Positions 25,762 to 34,707 of a stretch of DNA of 63,760 nucleotides are shown piece after piece; the first letter of the stretch is position 1, and each line of letters begins with the position of its first letter. Origin of the DNA: a virus (taxonomy: Duplodnaviria; Caudoviricetes); IMG/VR virus record IMGVR_UViG_3300036791_001402, positions 1 through 63,760 of that record. The stretch is one strand, 5' to 3'. Under the pieces are notes generated by a model, which worked only from the letters and a program-made list of their open reading frames with translations, was not told the DNA's origin and searched no databases. A program made the translations under genes and the position numbers.

Positions 25762-26055
25762 ATGGATGAGTTGTACAAAGTTGTTCTGGCGGAGCAGACC
25801 GCCATCTACAGGCAGGTCATCCAATGCCGCGACAAGAGGGCGATTCCGGTTATTCTTCAAGGCCTGCACGAGTTACTCGCGGAAGAAAAATTTCATGGGA
25901 CTATGCATGTGAATTACCAGCAGGGCGGCATCACCAACATCGTGACTGAGCAAGTCGTGAGGATCAGGGAAGGCAGTGATGCGGACCAGATCCTGGAGAG
26001 GGAATTTGCCAGAGCGGGGAATAATGGTTTGACAAAAAATGGGAACGGGTTTTAA
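25762..26055 (+). CDS. Hypothetical protein
   Basis: GAGG RBS; FHGTMHVNYQQGGI. Confidence 0.65.
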   Translation: MDELYKVVLAEQTAIYRQVIQCRDKRAIPVILQGLHELLAEEKFHGTMHVNYQQGGITNIVTEQVVRIREGSDADQILEREFARAGNNGLTKNGNGF

Positions 26056-26134
26056 CTGGAAGGCGAAATAGCAGACCTTACACGAGATTCGCAATCAACT
26101 CCTAGTGAGATGTGAAAGCGGCTCGAGGGCAATC

Positions 26135-26152
26135 GGCCTTCGGGCCTTTTTT
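26135..26152 (+). terminator. Intrinsic terminator
   Basis: GGCC-TTCG-GGCC-TTTTTT. Confidence 0.65.
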
Positions 26153-26172
26153 ATTTCAGCATAGGAGGTTGT

Positions 26173-26295
26173 ATGGCGAAGGGTGCAAGTTCAGGCGGAT
26201 TCAAAGTTAAGGGAGCGGTTGCTCCACCGTTTCCCAAGGGAATTCAGGGCAAGGAAAGCAAAACCCCGAAGATGAAATCGGGCGGGAAGAAGTAG
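26173..26295 (+). CDS. 40-aa basic small protein (absent from the ORF track)
   Basis: AGGAGG RBS; MAKGASSGGFKVKG...KSGGKK. Confidence 0.6.
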   Translation: MAKGASSGGFKVKGAVAPPFPKGIQGKESKTPKMKSGGKK

Positions 26296-26299
26296 GGAC

Positions 26300-26602
26300 A
26301 TGGCAGCCGCTCCTCCCCCCATGCCGCCGCCTTCAGCTCCTCCACCCGGAGGGGGCGCACCCGATTCCGGTGCCCCGCCCGGAGGAGCAGCGCCTCCTAC
26401 TCAGGATGCGTCCACAACGCAGGCCAATTCACTGCAAGCGGTGCTGGGCAAATTCATGAACCTCGTGCAGACTCTCGGTCAGCAGAACATCCTCATCCAG
26501 CCGGAAATGGAGCAGATCGCTCAGATCGTGCGCCAGGCCTTCGTTAAAACTCTTCAGGCGGCCCAGCCGCAAGCCCAACAGGCGCCCCCGCCGGGGCAGT
26601 AA
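26300..26602 (+). CDS. Pro/Gln-rich head-region protein
   Basis: Position before scaffold and capsid. Confidence 0.65.
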   Translation: MAAAPPPMPPPSAPPPGGGAPDSGAPPGGAAPPTQDASTTQANSLQAVLGKFMNLVQTLGQQNILIQPEMEQIAQIVRQAFVKTLQAAQPQAQQAPPPGQ

Positions 26603-26614
26603 CAGGAGTGTTTC

Positions 26615-27418
26615 ATGCCATCCGTAGCCGACCTCGCCAAGGAAATGGGAATTGATCTTGCCACTGTCGATCACAGGTTCGTAGTCAAGCTCGATGAGCA
26701 CTATCAGGGATCGCAGAATGCGTATTCCGCCGCTGAGAGGCTGAAGAAGGATGCGGAAGCGAATCTGGTCAAGGTGCAGCAGGAGCAGCAGGAGATCAAT
26801 GGGTACATCGAGAGATACGGCGCGACCGAAGCCGCGATGGCCGCCCTCAAAGCCAACAACGCGGCCATGGAGGCCAGCCTGAAGACTTTGAAAAGCCAGG
26901 GATTCAATGTCGATATTCCAGCCGCTCCGGTGGTCCCGGGCAGTCCCGCGATTGGCGGTAACGCTCCCGGTTTCGACCCCGACAAGTTTAGCAGCCGGGT
27001 GGGCAACATCATGGCCGAAAGTTTCAACGCCAACAATCGCTACATGGCATTATTCGGCAAGCCGATTCCCGATGACATGGACAATCTGGCCGGAGAGGCC
27101 GCGAGGGCCCGCATGTCGCTGAGCCAGTTTGTCGCGCAGAAGTATGACTTCGCGGGAGAAGAGCGGAAGCGGTCGGAAGCGACAGCCAAGGCTCACGACG
27201 AGGAAGTGGCTGCCAAAGCGGTGAAAAAGTTTCAGGAAGAACACCCTGTCACGGCTGGCAATCCTGAGTTGACCAATGGCGTCCCGTCGCGGAATTTCAC
27301 CATGTACAAGCCTCGCGACAACGCTGAGATGAAAAGTTTTGCGGGGCTTTCGGCCCGGGACAAGATCGCGCAGTCGGTATCGCGCACACGGCAGTTACTG
27401 ACTGCCAATCAAGAGTAG
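26615..27418 (+). CDS. Putative capsid scaffolding protein
   Basis: Coiled-coil ORF immediately upstream of the capsid gene. Confidence 0.6.
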   Translation: MPSVADLAKEMGIDLATVDHRFVVKLDEHYQGSQNAYSAAERLKKDAEANLVKVQQEQQEINGYIERYGATEAAMAALKANNAAMEASLKTLKSQGFNVDIPAAPVVPGSPAIGGNAPGFDPDKFSSRVGNIMAESFNANNRYMALFGKPIPDDMDNLAGEAARARMSLSQFVAQKYDFAGEERKRSEATAKAHDEEVAAKAVKKFQEEHPVTAGNPELTNGVPSRNFTMYKPRDNAEMKSFAGLSARDKIAQSVSRTRQLLTANQE

Positions 27419-27430
27419 GGAAGGTAAACC

Positions 27431-28699
27431 ATGCCTCAAGACCCACTGTATAACGCACGAGATGCGGCAAGCAGGGAAGCTGTCACCCTCGGTCTGATCT
27501 TTGACTGCTTCGGCACCAACTTTCCGCTCCTCTCCCTGCTGAGAGCTGCCGGCGTGACCGACACGGTCTTCCAAGGCACGGGGATCCTGCGCCCGTTCAT
27601 CTACGACTACGCGAATGGCGCGTCGACGGTGCCGGGTGCGACCATCACCCCCACCCGGAAGCAGATGGCGACGGACGCCAAGTTCGACATCCGCTTCTAC
27701 CAGAGCAATCTGCCGGTGGAGCAGACGGTCAACAAGCTTTTCAATGCGCCCGGGTCAACGCAGATTTTCTCTCAGGAAGACCTCGACACCTATGCGCTGA
27801 CCAAGAAGCTGGAGTCGATGATCAACATGGATGGCTATCGGCATGGCCAGCCATCGGCCGGCAATCCCGGCGGCAGTGCAGGCGTGGCGGACGACCGCCA
27901 TACCTGCTCCAATGGCTTCGATGAAGGTCTCAACAACGGCATCGATCCCAGCCCTTTCGGCAACTCGTACCTCTACTACGGAAGCATTCTCCGCAATGGC
28001 GTTGTGGGGCAGTCGTACAACTCGACTCCGTACTGGTGCGGAACTCCGAACGGGGCGGCGGGGTCGATCACGTTTCCCATTCTCCAGGGCGCACTGGCGC
28101 AGTTGAGTGTTATCGGGGCCAAGGCCAAGGTGGGCATGACGTCACCCTTCGGATGGGGCGCGATGGCGGTGATGTTCCGCACCTCTTCCTGGATCAAGCA
28201 GAGCGAGGTCACCGAAGGCACAGACTTCGGCTGGCGGTCGGTCGACTTCGGCGGGTTCAAGGTTCACGAAGATCCGCTGGCTCCCAGTTCGATTTCGTAC
28301 CGCTACCTTCCCGGCGGCAATCCCGGCGCCTATGGAACGGTGAGTGCGGCCAAGTTCCTCGACGGAGCCGGATCGAATACCAAGCTGACTCCTTTCCTCG
28401 CGCCGACCTATCAAGTGAACGGAGCCAACGTTGCGGTTGGAACCCTGTCTCCAACCGGTTCCAACATACCTTCGGCGACCACCATTGATCCCGCCGAAGC
28501 TCTCTACATCTTCGATCCCGAAGCCATGGAACTGCTTCCTCCGAAGCCGGGGAGCGGCTGGAATTTCGACACCCGCCTGGTCCAGATTCCCGACAACGTG
28601 AGCACCGACAACCGGTTCCTGAAACTGGCGACGAACGTGGTCATCAATCAGCCGGAGCACGGGATCATCATCTACGGGTTCAAGGGGGTAAGAGGATAA
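27431..28699 (+). CDS. Major capsid protein
   Basis: 422 aa after scaffold; GFDEGL, FGWRSVDFGG..HEDP and P-x-HG motifs typical of HK97-fold podovirus capsids. Confidence 0.72.
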   Translation: MPQDPLYNARDAASREAVTLGLIFDCFGTNFPLLSLLRAAGVTDTVFQGTGILRPFIYDYANGASTVPGATITPTRKQMATDAKFDIRFYQSNLPVEQTVNKLFNAPGSTQIFSQEDLDTYALTKKLESMINMDGYRHGQPSAGNPGGSAGVADDRHTCSNGFDEGLNNGIDPSPFGNSYLYYGSILRNGVVGQSYNSTPYWCGTPNGAAGSITFPILQGALAQLSVIGAKAKVGMTSPFGWGAMAVMFRTSSWIKQSEVTEGTDFGWRSVDFGGFKVHEDPLAPSSISYRYLPGGNPGAYGTVSAAKFLDGAGSNTKLTPFLAPTYQVNGANVAVGTLSPTGSNIPSATTIDPAEALYIFDPEAMELLPPKPGSGWNFDTRLVQIPDNVSTDNRFLKLATNVVINQPEHGIIIYGFKGVRG

Positions 28700-28701
28700 C
28701 A

Positions 28702-29532
28702 ATGCCTTACGTCAGGTACAACGTTTCTTACCAAGGATTGACTGCCGTCTATCCATCGTCCACAGGACTGGTGGATGTGCGTACCGGACTGCCGGAACTG
28801 GGTGGCGGGATGAATCTCGGTGACACCACCGACTTCACCGAAGCCGAGGCCCAGGCTCTTTCTCCCAACCTCCACGAAGGACGCTATCGCTTTGTGCAAG
28901 TCCTGGCGGCGGCGACAGCGGCGAACATCAAGCGGGGATCGCCTGTTGGCTGGGGCGTGGGGACAACCGTGCAGCAGATCGCTCTTGCTGCGGCAGGTTC
29001 CGGCTACACGCCGGACGGCACCTATAGCTGCGTTTCGACGGTCAGCGGCGGCACTGTCAAAGCGGTGGCTCAGGTGGTGGTGTCGGGCGGAGCTATCATC
29101 TCCGCGACCCTCAGCAATCCGGGGGCCGGCTTCACTTCCGTGCCTACCTTCTCGTTGTCTGAGCTATCAGGCGGCAGCGGTGGATCGATTCTCGCGCAGA
29201 TGGCGACAAGTCCCAACTCTGTTACCAGTTTTGACGCTTCAGCCCTTTCATTGTCCAGCGTGCGCGGAGTCTTTCTGGCTCCGATTACGGCGGCTCAGAT
29301 TGCTGCGGGAGCGTTTGTCTGGATTCAGGAAACAGGGATGTGTACTGCGCTGGTTACGACCGCCACGAATACGGCGCCGGGATGCGCGGCGGCGGCAACG
29401 ACAGGCGGGGTCGTGACCACGACCACAGTGGCGACCTCGACACCGATCGGATTCTTCGGGTACACGCTGGATCTCGCGGCAGCCAACACGCTGGTGCGCG
29501 TGGAAATGCGCGTCACGCCGCAGCAGGGCTAA
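28702..29532 (+). CDS. Putative capsid decoration/cement protein
   Basis: YRFVQ...WIQ..G pattern with a GSGYT/NPGAGFTSVP insert. Confidence 0.55.
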   Translation: MPYVRYNVSYQGLTAVYPSSTGLVDVRTGLPELGGGMNLGDTTDFTEAEAQALSPNLHEGRYRFVQVLAAATAANIKRGSPVGWGVGTTVQQIALAAAGSGYTPDGTYSCVSTVSGGTVKAVAQVVVSGGAIISATLSNPGAGFTSVPTFSLSELSGGSGGSILAQMATSPNSVTSFDASALSLSSVRGVFLAPITAAQIAAGAFVWIQETGMCTALVTTATNTAPGCAAAATTGGVVTTTTVATSTPIGFFGYTLDLAAANTLVRVEMRVTPQQG

Positions 29533-29541
29533 GGAGGAATC

Positions 29542-30108
29542 GTGAACGTAAACTTCGTTACCCCTCCCGGCCACACTGGCGGCGGACGGGAGGTTTGGGA
29601 ACTCTGGGGAAACGGTCCTGCGTCCTACAACCAGACGACCGGCGACCCGCTTCTGGTTGCGGGTGGGCAGTTCATCGGAGTCCCCGGTTCCGGGTTTCTA
29701 AGCCAGAGCGGGAGATACATCGTCTACGCGTTTCCTTCAGCGGTCAATGCGCTTCGGGCATTGTGGAGTCTTCGCTGGTGCAATTACGGTGCGGGAAGTG
29801 CGCCGGGCGTGACCTCGGTGACTATTGCCACACCCGGAAGCGCGCAAACCAATGGCACCTACGTGATCAACGCCAGTACTGGCACGGCTCAGGTGCAGAT
29901 CACGATCGCCGGCGGCGTGATTACTCAGGCCAAGGTTATCAACCCGGGGAGTTATACCGGGGCGGCACCCACATTCACGGTGGCACAGGGCGGCACTCCC
30001 GGCACACTGACTGCCAACCTTGGATCGACGGCTGGGATGGAAGTCGGACCAGGGACAAATCTGTCGGCTGAATCAGTGCAGTTCAGTGCGATAGGCGGAC
30101 AGCTTTAG
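29542..30108 (+). CDS. Virion structural protein
   Basis: AAGGAGG RBS; GPASY motif, NPGSYT repeat, Thr/Gly-rich. Confidence 0.6.
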   Translation: MNVNFVTPPGHTGGGREVWELWGNGPASYNQTTGDPLLVAGGQFIGVPGSGFLSQSGRYIVYAFPSAVNALRALWSLRWCNYGAGSAPGVTSVTIATPGSAQTNGTYVINASTGTAQVQITIAGGVITQAKVINPGSYTGAAPTFTVAQGGTPGTLTANLGSTAGMEVGPGTNLSAESVQFSAIGGQL

Positions 30109-30136
30109 AAGATCCTCTTTGGCGAGGGGATGGCGG

Positions 30137-30177
30137 AGCGGGTGATGGCTGCGGCGAGTAGCCACACCCGCTTTTCT
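30137..30177 (+). terminator. Intrinsic terminator after the capsid genes
   Basis: GCGGGTG-A-TGGCT...AGCCA-CACCCGC-TTTT. Confidence 0.65.
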
Positions 30178-30191
30178 GTTAAGGAGGCGAG

Positions 30192-31193
30192 ATGTCGTTC
30201 TACACCATGGCCAAGACGCTCACCGGAGAAGTTCCGCAGACCGCTCTGGCTCTGGTGCAGACCAAAATCCAGGAAGGGTTGGGCAAGGTTTTCGATGCCT
30301 ACGACTGGAGCTTCCAGACGGAGCCGGGCGGATGGTATTGTCCCGGCCTGCTGGCAAACACCGGCACATTTACAGTTCAGCCTTTCTCTAATGTGGTCAT
30401 TGCCGACGCTACGGCGACCATGGCGCTGGCCGCGATCACCGGGATGCCTCTTATCACCCAATTGCAGTACCGAGACCCGGCACGGGCCTTGTATTCGATT
30501 GTGGGCTACAATACGACTACCAATTTTCCTTTCGCGACCTTGACTCTGGATCGTCCCTGGATGGAGTCGTCTTCCGGGCCGGGACAGCCGTACATGATTT
30601 ATCAAGCCTATTTTGCCGCTCCATGGCCGGACTTCCGGCGGTTCATCGAGGTCAGAGACACGACCACGAGGAGGGAACTGGACTTCTGGTCGTTTTCACA
30701 GTCTGATCTGGCAAGGGAAGATCCCCAGCGCACCCGTTTCTCCGATCCCCGATTCGTGGTGCCGTTCGGAGTCGACAAACGGGCGGGAAGCTCGACCGCC
30801 GGGTTCATGCTTTTCGAGTTGTGGCCCCAGCAGTTGGCGCGGCTTCCGTACAGCTTTGAGGCCAACCGTCGCGGCCCCATGCTCGTGCTGCCGGACGACA
30901 CGCTCCCTTACCCGCTGACGGAGGATCTGGTGAAGTGGGCGGCCAAGGAAGAGTTGTATCTCTTCAAGGAAGCGCAGAAGACCGCCGAAGAGGAGCGGGG
31001 CGCGGGAGCGAACTGGCAATTCCTGGTCCAGTACGCGAAGGCGCGCTACACGGATTCGCTCAACTTCATCGAGGCCATTGACATCAACCTGCACAACGAT
31101 GCGCTAAACAAGGTCGTGCGCCCCGGATGGGACTCGCAGCAGCCCTACGCCAACCGGCTGGGCGGAGTGAATATCGGCGGTTATCCGCAGTAG
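30192..31193 (+). CDS. Putative head-tail adaptor protein
   Basis: YDWSF N-terminal motif, ELWP motif; position. Confidence 0.55.
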   Translation: MSFYTMAKTLTGEVPQTALALVQTKIQEGLGKVFDAYDWSFQTEPGGWYCPGLLANTGTFTVQPFSNVVIADATATMALAAITGMPLITQLQYRDPARALYSIVGYNTTTNFPFATLTLDRPWMESSSGPGQPYMIYQAYFAAPWPDFRRFIEVRDTTTRRELDFWSFSQSDLAREDPQRTRFSDPRFVVPFGVDKRAGSSTAGFMLFELWPQQLARLPYSFEANRRGPMLVLPDDTLPYPLTEDLVKWAAKEELYLFKEAQKTAEEERGAGANWQFLVQYAKARYTDSLNFIEAIDINLHNDALNKVVRPGWDSQQPYANRLGGVNIGGYPQ

Positions 31194-31209
31194 AGGCGGG
31201 AGGAATGAG

Positions 31210-31539
31210 ATGAGCGGTTGGTCGAATGATGGCAGCGGCACCAGCGGAAGCAGCGACAGTATGGGCGGCAGTGGCAGCAACAACGACTATCTGTCGAACA
31301 CCACCGGCAGCAACAGCAGTTTCCGCAAGGTGAGAAGGCAGCACAAGGCGCTGATGCAGCAGAACGACAGCGGCAACAGTGGCGGCAACGGATCGGTGCC
31401 CTCCTCAGGGAACGGCACCATGAAGATGGCGGGAACGATCAACAACACCAAGGCTTCTTCGCCGGAAGTGACGACCGGCATGAAGCAGTTTGGGGCACCG
31501 AAGCTGAATCCGCTCAAGCGGAAAATGTACAAGCGATAG
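31210..31539 (+). CDS. Ser/Gly/Asn-rich hypothetical protein
   Basis: GGAGG RBS; low complexity. Confidence 0.55.
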   Translation: MSGWSNDGSGTSGSSDSMGGSGSNNDYLSNTTGSNSSFRKVRRQHKALMQQNDSGNSGGNGSVPSSGNGTMKMAGTINNTKASSPEVTTGMKQFGAPKLNPLKRKMYKR

Positions 31540-31548
31540 GGAGGGACG

Positions 31549-31824
31549 ATGCAGCTTTTGCAAGCAACATTGACCGGCGCGGCGGTTCCGATCGTAGCGA
31601 GTCGTGATACCTCGATGGGGCCGAGTTGGCAATTCCTCCTGGTTCAGAACAACACTGCTGGTGCGATTACCGTCGGCGATGCCACCGTGTCCGCCTCGAA
31701 GGGCATCAAGATCGCGGCCGGCGCAGCGCAACCGTTCTGGAACCCGCTCGAATACGCGAACGATCTTTCCGAGTGGTACGTGTTCGGAGCGTCGGGAGTG
31801 GTCGACATCATGCTTCTGCGATGA
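31549..31824 (+). CDS. Small beta-rich virion protein
   Basis: LLVQNN...ITVG...GIKI pattern; GGAGG RBS. Confidence 0.6.
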   Translation: MQLLQATLTGAAVPIVASRDTSMGPSWQFLLVQNNTAGAITVGDATVSASKGIKIAAGAAQPFWNPLEYANDLSEWYVFGASGVVDIMLLR

Positions 31825-31833
31825 GGGTGTGGC

Positions 31834-34707
31834 ATGCGTAGGCTGATTGGAATTCTGTTTTTGATGCTCCTGCTGTTCACTTCACGCGAACTCCGGGCGA
31901 ACCAGCGGGTCAATGTGTTGTGCGCGCAAAGCGGGAACGTGATGGTGCAGGGACTGCCTTCCACCAACCTTGCCTCCATCGTTTACCCGCGCTGCTTGAT
32001 CAATGTGTATTTTGCGGGAACGACTAACCGGGCAACGATCTATGCCGACAACATCAACACTCCGCTTTCCAATCCCTTTCAAGCCGACAGTAAGGGTAAC
32101 GGGTTTTTCTATCCAAACTCAGGTCGCTACGACATCGTTCTTGTCGGCGGCGGACTGCCTAACCCGGTAACGATCGGCGACGTGCTGGTGCAAGATGTGG
32201 GTGGGGGTGGTGGCGGCGGTGCTGGCTATCCTGGTGTAGCCAGTGACGGGGCCAACGGTCTCACGGTAACCGGTGCCGTAGCCGCAACTGATTTCAAGCC
32301 GGGGGTGACACCGTGGGTCGATTGCCGTGCCTACGGATGCGTGGGTGATGACGCGACGGATAACTCCACGCAGATTCAGAACGCCATCAATGCGGCCTGT
32401 ACAAGCAACGTTCTGGCAGTCTATTTCCCGCCAGGTTTTTACCGCTTCAGCGCCACGCTCTTGCCGTGCAAGGCTCTGAAGTTGATGGGTACGAGCAACC
32501 TCGTCAACGCCAATTCTGTACGTCTGCATTACACCGGCAACACGACCGGCATCCAACTCGGTTCCACCACAACTCCGTTCCTCAACAACATCGTGAGCGT
32601 GCAGCGGCTGGGCGGGGTTTCAACCTTTACAGTTTCCGCGCCGTTGTCGAATATCCTTGGCGGTTCAGGCTTCGCGCAAATCTCCGGGGTAACAGACGCA
32701 TCTTTCAATTCCCCTTCGGCTTTCATAACCATTACCGGCACGACCACTTTCACCCAGAGTCAGATCGGTTCGCCGGATACGGCCCTGTTGCCACAGACGA
32801 CGGCCACCGTCGATGCCTCCTGGGAAGCGAACTACTACGACTACACCCACGATGCGTTTGCGATCTCAAACATCATGCTCAAATGCACCAGCACGATTAC
32901 GACGCCTTTGCTGAACGGTTCTGGGACGTATGCCACGGGCGCTACCATGATCGCCGCTTATCGTGTGGGCCGAATCGAGTTTGATGATGTGACTATTGCC
33001 GGTTGTCAGACCGGCTTGTGGGGCATCGCTTCCGACCTGAACGTCTGGAATAGATCGTATTTCTGGGGCAACAGCCTAGGGTTCTATCTTGGTCCACGTT
33101 CCGACCAGCTCCATGCCACCCGGTTGATAACTTCAGGCAACGATACAGCGGGATGGATCGCCGCTATGGGAGCAACGCTGGATCAGTGGGTTACGGACTC
33201 TGACGGGTCTCCAACCACCAATCCAATGGTGATTGGCGATTCCCGATTCCAGAGGGCTGCCAGCCAGATTTTCTTCGATTCGCCATGGCTGGAGAACTAC
33301 AGTAGTAAATCGGCCACTGCCATTGATTCGTTTATCGAGGCGGGGGTCAGAGGCTTCACTCAGGGCGTGACCGTCCTCGACCCTCTCATTTTAAGTAATG
33401 CGATCCTCGGCGGGAGCACGTTGCCGGCGACCAACAACATTCTTACCCTGGGCAACGTGGCAGACATCAAAATCGTGCGACCTCACGGGCCAATGACCTC
33501 GGCATCGAATCGCTGGCTACCGTTGCAGTCGCTCATCAACTTTGTGGGCACAACATCGCCACGTGTGTCGGTTGATCTGGGGGACGCGACCATCTTGAAC
33601 AATGGTCCGCTCTATGTAAACAACGGCACCGGCGCTCCTGTCTTGATTCGCACTCAGACGAGTGGATATGCCTTATACAACGCTTTCAATGCCTATCCGT
33701 TCAGAGTTGACTCGCAACTCGACGCCACGAACGACGTGGTGTTCAACAGTGGACTGACAACCGATCAGCAGGTTCGACTTATCACTTCCAGTCTGGGCGT
33801 CAATAAGTGGAACTTCCAATGGACAGCCGCTCAGTTCGCTGCCTTCGACTATGCCGGGAATCTCAACTGGCTGCAACACGCGGCCAGTGGCAACACTGAG
33901 CTGCACTTGAATCTAGGGAAGCTGCTGCGGATCGGAGACGCGGCTGGTATTCCCCACTCAACGATCAGCGATCAAGGCGTATTTGGCGGTGCGGGTATCA
34001 GCGTGGGCGCGGCCAAAGTCACGGCACTGGTTCCTCCCGGGACTCACTCCGTGGGTCCAACATGCACCGGGACATGTACGACCACGTATGGCTACCGGGT
34101 GACGGGTGTGGATATCAATGGTGGGGAAACCCTCCCCAATCCTGAAATCACCACTCTTGTCCAGGCGGCTACTCTCGACGCTACGCACTTCAACACCATC
34201 ATCCTCCCCTCCGCTTTTATGACTGCGGCGGTGTCGTGCAACGTCTATCGGACCACGGGCGGGACGTTGGGACTGATTGCCAATGTGCCCTGCTCAAGCT
34301 CCGTGGTGATCGACAACGGACTTACGGCTACGACCGCACCGCCAACCATCAACACTACCGGGAGCATGAAGGTGGGAGCGGGGACGATGGACACCACCGG
34401 AATCTACGGGCCATCTCCCGTCAACATCCAGAGCGGCGGCACTTATACGCTGGTGGCTTCGGACAACGGCAAGGTCATTCAGTTCACGTCGGCAGCGAAC
34501 GTGAGCGTGAACGTGACTTCGGCGGCGGCGACAGCGGGGTTCAACTGTTTACTCGTCCAGCGAGGGGCCGGGAATGTGGCTCCCATTGGGACCGGTGTTG
34601 TTATACGGCAGCGCCAGGCCTTAACCAAGACGGCGGGGGTGTATGCCGTCGCCACGCTGGTATGTGATTTAGCCAACGACTGCATTCTCGGAGGCGACTT
34701 GCAGTGA
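31834..34707 (+). CDS. Tailspike / depolymerase (pectate-lyase-3-like beta-helix)
   Basis: N-terminal particle-anchoring motif VYFAGT...IYAD...NPFQAD..G; YGCVGDDATDNSTQIQNAINA...VYFPPGFY; C-terminal YTLVASDNGK...GDL domain. Confidence 0.82.
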   Translation: MRRLIGILFLMLLLFTSRELRANQRVNVLCAQSGNVMVQGLPSTNLASIVYPRCLINVYFAGTTNRATIYADNINTPLSNPFQADSKGNGFFYPNSGRYDIVLVGGGLPNPVTIGDVLVQDVGGGGGGGAGYPGVASDGANGLTVTGAVAATDFKPGVTPWVDCRAYGCVGDDATDNSTQIQNAINAACTSNVLAVYFPPGFYRFSATLLPCKALKLMGTSNLVNANSVRLHYTGNTTGIQLGSTTTPFLNNIVSVQRLGGVSTFTVSAPLSNILGGSGFAQISGVTDASFNSPSAFITITGTTTFTQSQIGSPDTALLPQTTATVDASWEANYYDYTHDAFAISNIMLKCTSTITTPLLNGSGTYATGATMIAAYRVGRIEFDDVTIAGCQTGLWGIASDLNVWNRSYFWGNSLGFYLGPRSDQLHATRLITSGNDTAGWIAAMGATLDQWVTDSDGSPTTNPMVIGDSRFQRAASQIFFDSPWLENYSSKSATAIDSFIEAGVRGFTQGVTVLDPLILSNAILGGSTLPATNNILTLGNVADIKIVRPHGPMTSASNRWLPLQSLINFVGTTSPRVSVDLGDATILNNGPLYVNNGTGAPVLIRTQTSGYALYNAFNAYPFRVDSQLDATNDVVFNSGLTTDQQVRLITSSLGVNKWNFQWTAAQFAAFDYAGNLNWLQHAASGNTELHLNLGKLLRIGDAAGIPHSTISDQGVFGGAGISVGAAKVTALVPPGTHSVGPTCTGTCTTTYGYRVTGVDINGGETLPNPEITTLVQAATLDATHFNTIILPSAFMTAAVSCNVYRTTGGTLGLIANVPCSSSVVIDNGLTATTAPPTINTTGSMKVGAGTMDTTGIYGPSPVNIQSGGTYTLVASDNGKVIQFTSAANVSVNVTSAAATAGFNCLLVQRGAGNVAPIGTGVVIRQRQALTKTAGVYAVATLVCDLANDCILGGDLQ